Source: Fidelibacterota bacterium
GTDB taxonomy: Bacteria > Fidelibacterota > UBA8477 > JABMPR01
Assembly: GCA_013202385.1 (NCBI GenBank)
Contig: JABMOT010000158.1
Span: 1 to 62,151 of the forward strand
Direction: 5' to 3'
DNA length: 62,151 nt
The translations under genes and the position numbers were made by a program. Shown here one piece after another: positions 1 to 8,846 of the stretch. Positions within the stretch are counted from its first letter, which is position 1, and each line of letters starts with the position of its first letter. The notes under the pieces are model-generated. The model was not told the DNA's origin, made no database searches, and saw only the letters and a program-made list of their open reading frames with translations.

Positions 1-195
1 CCTGCGATTCCAGCGGAATGGAAGCAATATTCCATTACAAGAAAATTCAGAGGAACAGTCTACACCATCAAAATAACTAATCCCAAGCATCGCAAATCTG
101 GTGTCACGGAGATCAAAGTTGATGGTTTGATCATTCAAGGAAACATAATCCCACCTCAACAGACAAATACATGTCTGGTGCATGTGACCATGTGA
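1..195 (+). CDS. GH94-type glycoside phosphorylase, C-terminal fragment (gene starts upstream of the window)
   Basis: Frame 1 is open from the window edge to TGA at 193-195. The translation PAIPAEWKQYSITRKFRGTVYTIKITNPKHRKSGVTEIKVDGLIIQGNIIP follows the C-terminal pattern I recall for cellobiose/chitobiose/laminaribiose phosphorylases (IP.EW..F.vtR.FRG..Y.I.v.NP....GV..I.vDG..i.GN.iP). Confidence 0.7.
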   Translation, partial: PAIPAEWKQYSITRKFRGTVYTIKITNPKHRKSGVTEIKVDGLIIQGNIIPPQQTNTCLVHVTM

Positions 196-231
196 TGTTA
201 GAAAAAAAAGTCCTACTCGGGAGGGGTTGAT

Positions 232-1824
232 TTGGGCTCAATTATGCCAAAGAAATTTATTCCTGTAAAAATCATTATCACATTGATCTTGCAGCTGGTT
301 GCAAGCTGCGTAGCTCCTTCATCCCGAGCGGAATCCAATCCGCATAATGATTCACATTTGGCATCACCAGAACTCCAACAGATTTCTAGCCAGGATAGCC
401 TTTATCTCAGAATACTGGCTGAGGATACCTGGAATTTCTTCACCACATTCGTTGATAGTGCCACTGGTTTGATACCGGACAATCTTAATGCCAGAGATTT
501 TGAGTCTTCCGATTACACATCGGCGACAAATATAGGTCTATATCTGGTTTGTGTGGCTGCTGCTGAAGATTTGGAATTTATTTCTCATGAGAAAGCCCTG
601 GATTATCTGAGTCATACATTGAGTTCCTTGCAGAAAATGGAACGTTATCGCGGATTTCATCTTAACTGGTACAACATTCCTGCTATGAAGGTCACGCGCC
701 AGTATGTATCTAGCGTCGATGCTGCCTGGTTGTATGCCAGCGTGGCTGCAATTTCCGTCAAATACCCAGAATTGAAGAACAGTTGTCAGAACATTTTAAG
801 CGGCGTTGATTTCGCCTGGCTTTTTGATCCAGCGCTTGGACAATTCTATCTGGGTTATGATCGAGAGCAAGAAGTATTCTCACCTTATCACTATGGAATG
901 CTGTGTAGCGAGAGCAGGATTGTGAGTTATCTGGCACTTGCCTGGCAGCAGGTACCTGAAAGCCATTGGACCCAACTTTATCGCGTATTACCCGATTCTG
1001 TGGATCAACAGGGTTCACCCCATCAATTCTCGCAACAATTTGGGCAGCAAAAAAGCTTTAGCAGTGGCTATTACCTCTATGGAGCCCCCCGACTGAACCC
1101 GAGGTCAGCGTTACATGACCCGTCCAAGCGATTGGTTTCGCCGTTGTCATCCGTCCGCAGGGAAGGGCGACATCCCGCTGAAGCTGAAGTCGCTAGCATT
1201 CCTCCACGAGTAAACTCAGGGTTTCCTGCGAAGGTGGATGAAGACTCTTTGCCGATTTTGCCATCCTGGGGCGGGAGCATGTTTGAATATCTTATGCCAA
1301 CGCTATTTGTGGACGAACGAAGCGATGCACCCCTGGGGCTGGGGGAGAACGATAAGCGGATCGTGGCCATTCACAGGGATTATGCCCTGAACCACCTGGG
1401 ATATCAAGTCTGGGGCATGAGTCCAAGTGCGACACCAGATGGTGGCTATGATGTCTTTGGGGTCTCAGCAATTGGGAGCCATAAGGAGGGGAGTCGTGAA
1501 GATATTGTGACACCCCATGCCAGTATTCTGGCATTAAGTTTTGCACCTCGCTGGATTGTGGAGAATCTAGAAATGCTGGAAAAGAATTTTAAGATCCGAG
1601 GAAAGTATGGGTTTTTTGACAGCGTAAACCCTAAAACGGGAGAAGTGGCCAAGAAATACCTCGCTCTTGACCAGGGGATGATTCTACTGTCAATCAATAA
1701 TTATTTGAATACAGGGTCGCTGTCCCTGACTTTCAAACAAGTTGGAGAAATGAAGCGTGTATTGGAAATCATTGCAGCTGAACATTTTTTCCCCGAAGCC
1801 ATGGATCAAAAATATATAGAGTAG
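232..1824 (+). CDS. Secreted lipoprotein, GH144-superfamily ('glucoamylase-like' alpha/alpha-toroid) putative beta-glucanase
   Basis: 530-aa ORF. GGAGGGG RBS at 220-226 precedes a TTG start at 232; an alternative ATG lies at 244. Lipobox LVASC. The C-terminal half (WGGSMFEYLMP, YGFFDSVNP...YLALDQGMILLSINNY) parallels the downstream paralogue (FGFYDAFN...YLAIDQGPIIVMIENY). Confidence 0.55.
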   Translation: MGSIMPKKFIPVKIIITLILQLVASCVAPSSRAESNPHNDSHLASPELQQISSQDSLYLRILAEDTWNFFTTFVDSATGLIPDNLNARDFESSDYTSATNIGLYLVCVAAAEDLEFISHEKALDYLSHTLSSLQKMERYRGFHLNWYNIPAMKVTRQYVSSVDAAWLYASVAAISVKYPELKNSCQNILSGVDFAWLFDPALGQFYLGYDREQEVFSPYHYGMLCSESRIVSYLALAWQQVPESHWTQLYRVLPDSVDQQGSPHQFSQQFGQQKSFSSGYYLYGAPRLNPRSALHDPSKRLVSPLSSVRREGRHPAEAEVASIPPRVNSGFPAKVDEDSLPILPSWGGSMFEYLMPTLFVDERSDAPLGLGENDKRIVAIHRDYALNHLGYQVWGMSPSATPDGGYDVFGVSAIGSHKEGSREDIVTPHASILALSFAPRWIVENLEMLEKNFKIRGKYGFFDSVNPKTGEVAKKYLALDQGMILLSINNYLNTGSLSLTFKQVGEMKRVLEIIAAEHFFPEAMDQKYIE

Positions 1825-1861
1825 AACTACATACCACTATTCATCTTACCAAGGGAGGGAG

Positions 1862-4291
1862 ATGACCATGAAAACATTACTGCTGACTATCATATTGACC
1901 CTGAGCATCACGGCGGAGTTCGCCCAGGCTGAGGATTTTGTTTTTTTTGACGACAGTCCAACATCTACGTCTTACGATCCAAGCTGGTGCTTTGTGAACG
2001 CTCCCAGCGTTTTGGAACGCATCGGTGAGAAATTTCCAGTGGATGAAGCGACAGTATTCCAGGGGAATAATAGTTTACGGCTCCATTGGACCAGCCAATC
2101 GGGAGGTAACTGGGGCGCTGCAGTGGCAGAAATTGGTTGGCCGGGACATGACCTCAGCACCAAGGATCTCCTCACCTTCTGGATCTATTCAGATGGCCTA
2201 CTGCCAGTGGATGATCTACCCAAAATTTATCTGGAGGATACAGGAGGCCAAAAAACCGGTACAGTGAATATGGGAGCCTACGCGGATTCCATCTTCACCG
2301 GACAATGGCAGTTGTTTTCAATGCCCCTGGATACTTTCTATGCAGTCTCCGGCAACGCAAATATGTCATCCATCAAAACGATCTTTTATGGGCAAAGTTC
2401 AGCCGACGCCAGTGAGCATACACTGTTTCTTGATGAAATACGCATGACATCCTTCGGTGAGAGCGATACAACTGCACCAGCTATTCCTGAAAATCTCCTC
2501 GCAACAGGTTATGACCTGCATGTGGATTTGAGCTGGACGCCGGTGGAGGATGAAGATGTAGCCGGATATCGAATTTATCGTAGTAACTGGGGTGGAAGCT
2601 ACTTTCTAGTGGGATACACCCAGAAGGATATTCCTTTCTTTAACCATTTCCTGGGTGAATCGGGTGTCTCTGGTTTCTATAAAGTTTCCGCGCTTGATGG
2701 AAGCTATAACGAATCCGACCTATCCGAAAGCGTTCAGGTGAGTACCCAAACGCTGGATAACGAGGCTTTTCTGGACATGGTTCAGCGATCCACATTCAGA
2801 TATTTCTGGGATTATGCCCATCCCGTCTCAAAGATGGCTCTTGAGCGATCACAGGGGAATAGTGAAACCGTGACCAGCGGTGGAACCGGTTTTGGCATTA
2901 TGGCCATCGTTGTTGGAGCGGAGCGAGGATTTATCACCCGGGCTGAAGCCGCCGCCAGACTCCTTGAAATGTTTCAATTTCTTGAGACGGCAGATCGCTT
3001 CCATGGTGCCTGGTCCCATTGGATGAATGGCACAACAGGAGCTGTGATTCCGTTCAGCCAGTACGATGATGGTGGTGATCTGGTAGAAACTGCTTTCCTG
3101 GTTCAAGGAATCCTGGCAGCCCGAAATTATTTCAATGGCGATGATCCGGTCGAGCAGTCTCTGGTAAGCCTGGCGACGACCCTGTGGGAAGGTGTGGAGT
3201 GGGATTGGTACAGGCGAACACCGACAAACAACTTTCTCTACTGGCACTGGTCGCCCAATCATGAATGGGCCATGAATTTTGCCCTTCAGGGACCCAACGA
3301 AACCGGGATAGTATACATGCTGGCAGTTGCTTCACCCACCCATGGTTTACCAGCTGAACTTTGGGAAGATGGATTTGCATCCTCACCCGCTTATGACAAT
3401 GGCAACAGTTATTACGGAATTCCTCTTGACGTAGGCTGGCCATATGGTGGACCCCTGTTCTTTGCGCATTACTCCTATCTTGGTTTTGATCCCCGCGGTC
3501 TTAAGGATAGTCATACCAACTATTATTTTAACAACCGGAACCATACGCTCATCAACCGGGCTTGGTGTATGGATAATCCAGGGGGATATGTAGGCTATGG
3601 AGAGAATTGTTGGGGACTTACAGCCAGTGATGATCCCTTTGGCTACCTGGCTCACGAACCAACTTTGGATCGCGACAACGGAACCATCACACCCACGGCT
3701 GCTCTCTCAAGTTTTCCATTCACACCCACAGAGTCTATGGCAGCACTTCATCATTTTTATGCAGATCATGGCGAAAGAATATTCGGACCCTTTGGTTTTT
3801 ACGATGCCTTTAATGAATCACAGGACTGGTATTCCAGTTCTTATCTGGCCATTGACCAGGGACCGATCATAGTGATGATTGAAAACTATCGCAGCCACTT
3901 GATTTGGAATCAATTCATGGCCAACCCCGAAATCGCACCAGCACTGGAATCCATGGGATTTATTCCTGATACAACACTTGGGATTCAACCTGAAAATGAA
4001 AACGTGGTCGTGGCACAGGATTTTCGTCTGCTGAGCACCTATCCCAATCCATTCAACAGTCGCGTCGGGATTCGCTTCGAAACTCCGCAGGTCGGCACTG
4101 TAAATCTGATAATCTACAATGTACTGGGTCACGAAATATATCACCATGGACAGCAGCAGGGGACAGGTCCAGGCATGATTTATTGGGATGCAACAAACGA
4201 CCGTGGTGGCGACGTGGCCAGCGGGATGTATTTGTTTCAACTTGAAGGTGCTTCAAAGCATGAATTCGGGAAGTTGCTGCTGATTCGATGA
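1862..4291 (+). CDS. Multi-domain T9SS cargo: N-terminal binding-like module + FN3 + GH144-like (putative endo-beta-glucanase) + C-terminal sorting domain
   Basis: 809 aa, GGGAGGGAG RBS, signal peptide. FN3-like segment (LSWTPVEDEDVAGYRIYRS). Core FRYFWDYAHP...SGGTGFGIMAIVVGAERGFI...HWSPNHEW...WGLTASDDP...AIDQGPIIVMIENY resembles the PF10091/GH144 family. The C-terminus YPNPFNSRVGIRFE...GMYLFQLEG...KLLLIR is a typical T9SS CTD. Confidence 0.7.
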   Translation: MTMKTLLLTIILTLSITAEFAQAEDFVFFDDSPTSTSYDPSWCFVNAPSVLERIGEKFPVDEATVFQGNNSLRLHWTSQSGGNWGAAVAEIGWPGHDLSTKDLLTFWIYSDGLLPVDDLPKIYLEDTGGQKTGTVNMGAYADSIFTGQWQLFSMPLDTFYAVSGNANMSSIKTIFYGQSSADASEHTLFLDEIRMTSFGESDTTAPAIPENLLATGYDLHVDLSWTPVEDEDVAGYRIYRSNWGGSYFLVGYTQKDIPFFNHFLGESGVSGFYKVSALDGSYNESDLSESVQVSTQTLDNEAFLDMVQRSTFRYFWDYAHPVSKMALERSQGNSETVTSGGTGFGIMAIVVGAERGFITRAEAAARLLEMFQFLETADRFHGAWSHWMNGTTGAVIPFSQYDDGGDLVETAFLVQGILAARNYFNGDDPVEQSLVSLATTLWEGVEWDWYRRTPTNNFLYWHWSPNHEWAMNFALQGPNETGIVYMLAVASPTHGLPAELWEDGFASSPAYDNGNSYYGIPLDVGWPYGGPLFFAHYSYLGFDPRGLKDSHTNYYFNNRNHTLINRAWCMDNPGGYVGYGENCWGLTASDDPFGYLAHEPTLDRDNGTITPTAALSSFPFTPTESMAALHHFYADHGERIFGPFGFYDAFNESQDWYSSSYLAIDQGPIIVMIENYRSHLIWNQFMANPEIAPALESMGFIPDTTLGIQPENENVVVAQDFRLLSTYPNPFNSRVGIRFETPQVGTVNLIIYNVLGHEIYHHGQQQGTGPGMIYWDATNDRGGDVASGMYLFQLEGASKHEFGKLLLIR

Positions 4292-4304
4292 AAGTTCAGG
4301 CAGC

Positions 4305-5597
4305 ATGAGGCGTTTGAATTCAGGGAACCTGCTTGCCAAACTGGTCCTGACCGGTGTCCTCACGCTCATGAGCATATCCTGCAGCCAAAGTGGGGGTGAG
4401 AAAACGATCACCTTGGACTTCTGGGCTTTTGGGGCTGAGGGAGACAAGGTTCGTGAATTTGTTACCGAGTTTGAAGCTGAGAATCCCGGCGTTCACGTCA
4501 TCGCGCAGAATATTCCATGGACAGCAGCTCATGAGAAACTCCTCACCGCTTATGCCGGGAATTCGTTGCCGGATATCTGTCAATTGGGCAACACCTGGAT
4601 CCCGGAATTTGTGGTGTTGAACGCCCTTGAAGATTTGGATCAAAGACTGGATTCATCGATTAATATTTCGCCAGATTCTTATTTTTCTGGTATCTGGGAA
4701 ACCAATCGAATTGAAGAAAATCTCTATGGGATTCCCTGGTACGTTGATACACGTGTTCTCTTCTATCGACGTGATTTGCTTGCCAAAATCGGTTGGGAAA
4801 GACCTCCCGAAACCTGGGACGAAATGCTTGAAATTTCCAGGTTGCTGATCAAGGGCGGGCATTCCAAATATGGAATAATTCTCCCTTTGAATGAATGGTC
4901 GGTTCCCATTGTGCTAGGGATACAGCAGGGCTCAGAGATACTCAGGGAGCAGGCCAGCTTTGGTGCTTTCTCAGGTGCGGAATTCCTGCGCGGTCTTGAA
5001 ATTTATGATCAATTTTTCCAAGAGGGGCTTGCACCGAAAGGCATGACTGAGGTGAACAACGTTTATCAGGGGTTCCAGGAAGCTATCTTCGCGATGTACA
5101 TCAGTGGTCCCTGGAATATCGGGGAGATGACCCGCAGACTGCCTGCCGAAATGCAGGATGACTGGGACACTGCCCCTTTGCCTGCTCTCAGGGCTGAAGA
5201 GTATCCCGGACTGTCTCTTGCTGGTGGTTCATCCCTGGTCATTTTTCGCTCCTCCAAGCATAAAGATATTGCCTGGGATTGGATCGAATATCTATCGCGA
5301 CCAGACGTGCAATCCGAATTTTATAGACAAACCGGAGACCTGCCAGGCCGTCTGGAAAGCTGGACTTCAATGGCGTTGTCCGGGAAGAGACCAACAGCAG
5401 CTTTTTTTCGTCAACTCGAATCAGTAAAAAAGACGCCACAGGTACCAGAGTGGGAACAGATAGCCATGAAAATGCAGCAATATCTTGAGTATGTAGTCTT
5501 TGGACAATGGACAGCTAAAGAAGCGATGGACCTGCTGGATAAAGATGTAAACAAAATTCTTGAAAAGCGTCGCTGGCTACTATCACGAGATAAGTGA
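4305..5597 (+). CDS. Sugar ABC transporter substrate-binding lipoprotein (CUT1 / family-1 SBP)
   Basis: 430 aa. Signal peptide with lipobox LMSISC. Family-1 solute-binding features (ITLDFWAFG..., WTAAHEKLLTAYAGNSLPD, YGIPWYVDTRVLFYRRD). Two permease genes follow directly. Confidence 0.85.
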   Translation: MRRLNSGNLLAKLVLTGVLTLMSISCSQSGGEKTITLDFWAFGAEGDKVREFVTEFEAENPGVHVIAQNIPWTAAHEKLLTAYAGNSLPDICQLGNTWIPEFVVLNALEDLDQRLDSSINISPDSYFSGIWETNRIEENLYGIPWYVDTRVLFYRRDLLAKIGWERPPETWDEMLEISRLLIKGGHSKYGIILPLNEWSVPIVLGIQQGSEILREQASFGAFSGAEFLRGLEIYDQFFQEGLAPKGMTEVNNVYQGFQEAIFAMYISGPWNIGEMTRRLPAEMQDDWDTAPLPALRAEEYPGLSLAGGSSLVIFRSSKHKDIAWDWIEYLSRPDVQSEFYRQTGDLPGRLESWTSMALSGKRPTAAFFRQLESVKKTPQVPEWEQIAMKMQQYLEYVVFGQWTAKEAMDLLDKDVNKILEKRRWLLSRDK

Positions 5598-6517
5598 GAA
5601 CTGATGGAACTGAAGATCACATGAAATCGCAGCGTTTTTACAAAGTCTGGATGAGTCCGGCACTTTTTCTTGCTCCAGCGCTCTTGCTCATCGCTGTATT
5701 TTTCTTTATTCCTGTGCTGGCTTCATTTTTAATGAGTTTCACCGACTTCGATATTTATTCCCTGGCCGATAGCTCTAATGCACGATTTGTGGGACTTGAA
5801 AATTATAAAAATTTATTAAGCGATCCACTTTTCTGGAAAGCAATGCGCAATACCCTTTATTTCGTGTTTGTTGGCGTGCCCCTATCTTTGCTGGTTTCTC
5901 TTGGCACGGCCTTGCTGCTAAATTCCAAACTCATTCGCTTTATGTCCCTGTTCAGACTAGCCTACTTCCTCCCGGTGGTTACCACCCTTGTCGCCGTGGC
6001 CGTTGTGTGGCGTTACATCTATCATCCCTCGTTTGGACTGGTGAACTATCTGTTGGGTCTACTGGGTATGAGTACAGTGGATTGGCTCGGGAATCCAAAA
6101 TGGGCTATGCTGGCACTCATTATCATGGCAGTGTGGAAGAATTTTGGATACAACATGATTATCTTTATTGCAGGATTGCAGAATATTCCACCAGAACTGT
6201 ATGAATCCGCTCGCATAGATGGCGCAGGGAAATGGCAGGAATTAATCCACATCACCATCCCCATGCTTATGCCGACAACGGTATTTGTATCTATTATTAC
6301 CATCATCGGCTATTTCCAGCTCTTTGCTGAACCTTATGTCATGACTCAGGGCGGTCCTATGAACGCAACGCTTAGCATTGTTCTACTCATGTATCAGGAA
6401 GGTTTCCGCTGGTGGCGAATGGGTTATTCCGCTGCTCTGGCATTTGTGCTATTCCTCATACTTTTTATGGCAACCCTGGTCCAGTTGAGACTCCAAAAAC
6501 ATTACAGCGGAGTGTAG
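5594..6517 (+). CDS. Sugar ABC transporter permease (MalF/UgpA-like)
   Basis: Six predicted TM segments. EAA loop YESARIDGAGKWQELIHITIPML. The GTG start overlaps the upstream TGA (GTGA). An in-frame ATG at 5621 (MKSQRF...) is an equally plausible start. Confidence 0.85.
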   Translation: MRTDGTEDHMKSQRFYKVWMSPALFLAPALLLIAVFFFIPVLASFLMSFTDFDIYSLADSSNARFVGLENYKNLLSDPLFWKAMRNTLYFVFVGVPLSLLVSLGTALLLNSKLIRFMSLFRLAYFLPVVTTLVAVAVVWRYIYHPSFGLVNYLLGLLGMSTVDWLGNPKWAMLALIIMAVWKNFGYNMIIFIAGLQNIPPELYESARIDGAGKWQELIHITIPMLMPTTVFVSIITIIGYFQLFAEPYVMTQGGPMNATLSIVLLMYQEGFRWWRMGYSAALAFVLFLILFMATLVQLRLQKHYSGV

Positions 6518-6520
6518 AAC

Positions 6521-7336
6521 GTGAATGTAAATAAAATTCTGATACACATCCTGGCTGTAGCTATTGCCCTGATAACACTGATCCCTTTTGTTTGGATGGT
6601 GTCCGCATCTTTCATGCCTCAGGGAGGAGCCAACCAATTTCCACCGCGCTTTATTCCAGAATCATTTAGCCTGGAGCATTATCTACGCTTGTTTAAGTCT
6701 ATGAATATTGCGCGCAACTTCCTTAATAGCCTGATTCTATCAGTCAGTATAACCGGTCTTTCGTTGCTGGTGAATTCCATGGCTGGCTTTGCCTTTGCCA
6801 AATTCCATTTCCCGGGAAAAGAAAGTTTATTCAAACTTCTGCTCGCAGCGATGATCATCCCCGCACAGGTAACCATGCTGCCACTGTTTTTGATGATGAA
6901 TCAGATGGGCTTGATTAACAGCTATCTGGGGGTCATTATTCCTGGGATGGCCAGTATTTTTGGCATCTTCCTTATCCGTCAGTATATAAATTCGCTTCCT
7001 GATTCGCTCATTGAAGCGGCTCGCTTAGATGGTGCCACAGATTTTCAAATATACTGGCGGATTGTTCTCCCGCTGGCCAAGCCCATCCTTGTCACACTGG
7101 GATTATTTACTTTCATGGGTACCTGGAATGATTTCATGTGGCCGCTTATCATCATGACCCGTGAGAACATGTACACACTTCCCGTAGCAATGGCCAATCT
7201 TTCTGGTGAACACGCCCAGGATACGGAATTGATGATGGCAGGTGCCGTGCTCACTGTCCTGCCAGTGATCGTGGTTTTTATGGCGTTACAGAAATTCTAC
7301 ATTGAGGGCATCATGTTGGGCAGTGTCAAAGAGTAG
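6521..7336 (+). CDS. Sugar ABC transporter permease (MalG/UgpE-like)
   Basis: 271 aa with a GTG start 3 nt after the previous stop. EAA loop IEAARLDGATDFQIYWRIVLPLAKP. No ATPase gene follows, which is common for CUT1 systems. Confidence 0.85.
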   Translation: MNVNKILIHILAVAIALITLIPFVWMVSASFMPQGGANQFPPRFIPESFSLEHYLRLFKSMNIARNFLNSLILSVSITGLSLLVNSMAGFAFAKFHFPGKESLFKLLLAAMIIPAQVTMLPLFLMMNQMGLINSYLGVIIPGMASIFGIFLIRQYINSLPDSLIEAARLDGATDFQIYWRIVLPLAKPILVTLGLFTFMGTWNDFMWPLIIMTRENMYTLPVAMANLSGEHAQDTELMMAGAVLTVLPVIVVFMALQKFYIEGIMLGSVKE

Positions 7337-7957
7337 TCATAAATTTGGAATTCAGTCAAACAATTCGCGATTAACTAGCCTGTATCCCTGAGTCAGTTGG
7401 ATCCATAACGAGTATGGTAAACGGAGTCTCACAAATAGTCTTGACATATATTGTTAGAGATTTTTAGTGATATTTAGAAGAATATGTAGGTGCATTATTA
7501 ATATGAAAGAGAGTTAAGTAATGTGTTTATATACGGGAAACGCTCGTCGTAGTACCCTCTAAATCCTTAGATGTGCTAATAATATGGAACCATCTTGATG
7601 ATTCCAATGCCGAAGCCTTTTGAGATTCACCAAACCATCTACTTTTAATCCATTCTTTACAGCATAACCGGTGGCCCCCAATCGGGTAGGCTGCCTTTTC
7701 CTGCAAATACCCTAAGCATTATAATATCAAATTGTTAAAATTGACTGCATCCTTTCTTGCAAGGAGTGGGTCGAGTGTAAGTGGTTTTTGAGCTTTAATA
7801 TCCAAAGAGAGATTGATTTTACTCAGCAACAAATATGATCAAATATTAGGTTGAGTTTTCACAGTGAAGCATTCGCAAAGTTTTATAGCGTATACGCAAT
7901 TTCCATGATAGTCGTAAATAAATGTAAATACGCCAGCTGCGATACACGTTGGTGGAC

Positions 7958-8004
7958 TTCATAAGTAAGTTGTCGGCGGTTCAAATCCGCGACCTGCTAC
8001 ACCA
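7958..8004 (+). pseudogene. tRNA-Met-like 3' half (anticodon loop to ACCA), with no matching 5' half
   Basis: Element spacing is exactly tRNA-like. Order: loop TTCATAA (CAT at the anticodon position), 5 nt, a 5-nt variable loop, T-arm GGCGG-TTCAAAT-CCGCG, 7 nt ACCTGCT, A, then CACCA. The upstream sequence cannot pair with the acceptor 3' strand, there is no D-arm, and the anticodon stem is degenerate. Confidence 0.45.
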
Positions 8005-8008
8005 CTTA

Positions 8009-8047
8009 AGTCCTTGATAATAATGTTATCAGGGACTTTTCTGTTTA
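8009..8047 (+). terminator. Rho-independent terminator
   Basis: 12-bp stem AGTCCTTGATAA / TTATCAGGGACT (one G-U pair), 5-nt loop TAATG, then TTTTCTGTTT. It lies directly after the tRNA-like 3' end. Confidence 0.7.
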
Positions 8048-8489
8048 TCCCAGGACACCCCCCAAAAATGCATGGATGTGCTCTTCGTTAATCACCATCA
8101 TTCACCGTTGAGCTAAAATGTATCCCTTTGTCAATAAATTCGAAATGAAACTTGGTGTTGATCGATGAACATGACCGGTGCTGCCGTTGGACTTCTTGTT
8201 CTGGCCAGATGATATTTACTATAGGTAAAAATGAATAGCGCTTGATCAGCTCTCAGCATTACAGCGTTCAGAATCACAATCCATAAACCGACATACGCGC
8301 TCAATTTAGATATATTTATTTGATATAATATTAGATCAAAGTGAATAGCCCTTCGCTTTCCAATCACAAATTATTAATCCATATAAAATACTGTATATAA
8401 AACAGTTAAACAGCTATTGAAATAATTGGTATAGAGATTGAAATAGGGTGTGCCATGTTAATAACTGACTTCATCAAAGGAGAAATAAA

Positions 8490-8600
8490 ATGAGAACTCA
8501 CGATACAAAAATCAGTAGTATGTTGACAGCCCTGGCAGCAACCGGTTTGGCTGGGACACTGACCTTCAGTATTTATTTGTTATTTGCCCACACACTGTAA
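8490..8600 (+). CDS. Small hydrophobic peptide (36 aa, one predicted TM helix)
   Basis: This ORF is below the ORF-track length cutoff. ATG at 8490 follows AAAGGAG (8477-8483) with a 6-nt spacer. Product: MRTHDTKISSMLTALAATGLAGTLTFSIYLLFAHTL*. No homology is recognisable by eye. Confidence 0.35.
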   Translation: MRTHDTKISSMLTALAATGLAGTLTFSIYLLFAHTL

Positions 8601-8846
8601 GCGACTTCTTACCTTCATTAATCGATAAATCTAGCCGAGAGGTTCCGCTAGGATGGTGACCCTTTTACTTAGCAAGAGTTAAACGCCGCCTTACGTCACT
8701 ACGCATTTTACAAAACCCCTTCCAATATCCACAGATTTTCAATAGCGAATGTCTCAGAATAACATGATGTTGATCAAATAGCTTTTAAATCCATCACAAA
8801 TAATTAAGCTACGGCTAACTAATCACCCTTTTACAGGAGCTAATAA

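Noticed and set aside
758-1697. Cluster of minus-strand ORFs (758-1018, 1077-1370, 1292-1546, 1446-1697) nested in the 232-1824 gene
   Set aside because: They lie entirely antisense to a long ORF that has family-level motifs. They are rich in Arg, Ser and Pro, have no RBS and show no recognisable motifs. The same reasoning applies to the other nested or antisense track ORFs. On the minus strand these include 2849-3262, 10890-11339, 30110-30526, 50909-51346 and 56889-57308. On the plus strand they include 23267-23752, 25367-25945, 26479-26844 and 28086-28466.
7600-8004. tmRNA (ssrA) hypothesis for the tRNA-like 3' end
   Set aside because: No 5' GGGG...-type strand complementary to the 3' acceptor could be found within 400 nt upstream. 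There is no recognisable tag reading frame ending in ...ALAA-stop, and the T-arm/ACCA register does not give a proper G3-U70 acceptor. A covariance-model search should still be run.
8131-8367. 78-aa minus-strand ORF in the AT-rich spacer
   Set aside because: Its low-complexity, AT-driven composition suggests a chance ORF. It has no RBS and no recognisable motif. It cannot be excluded, but the sequence alone does not support it.
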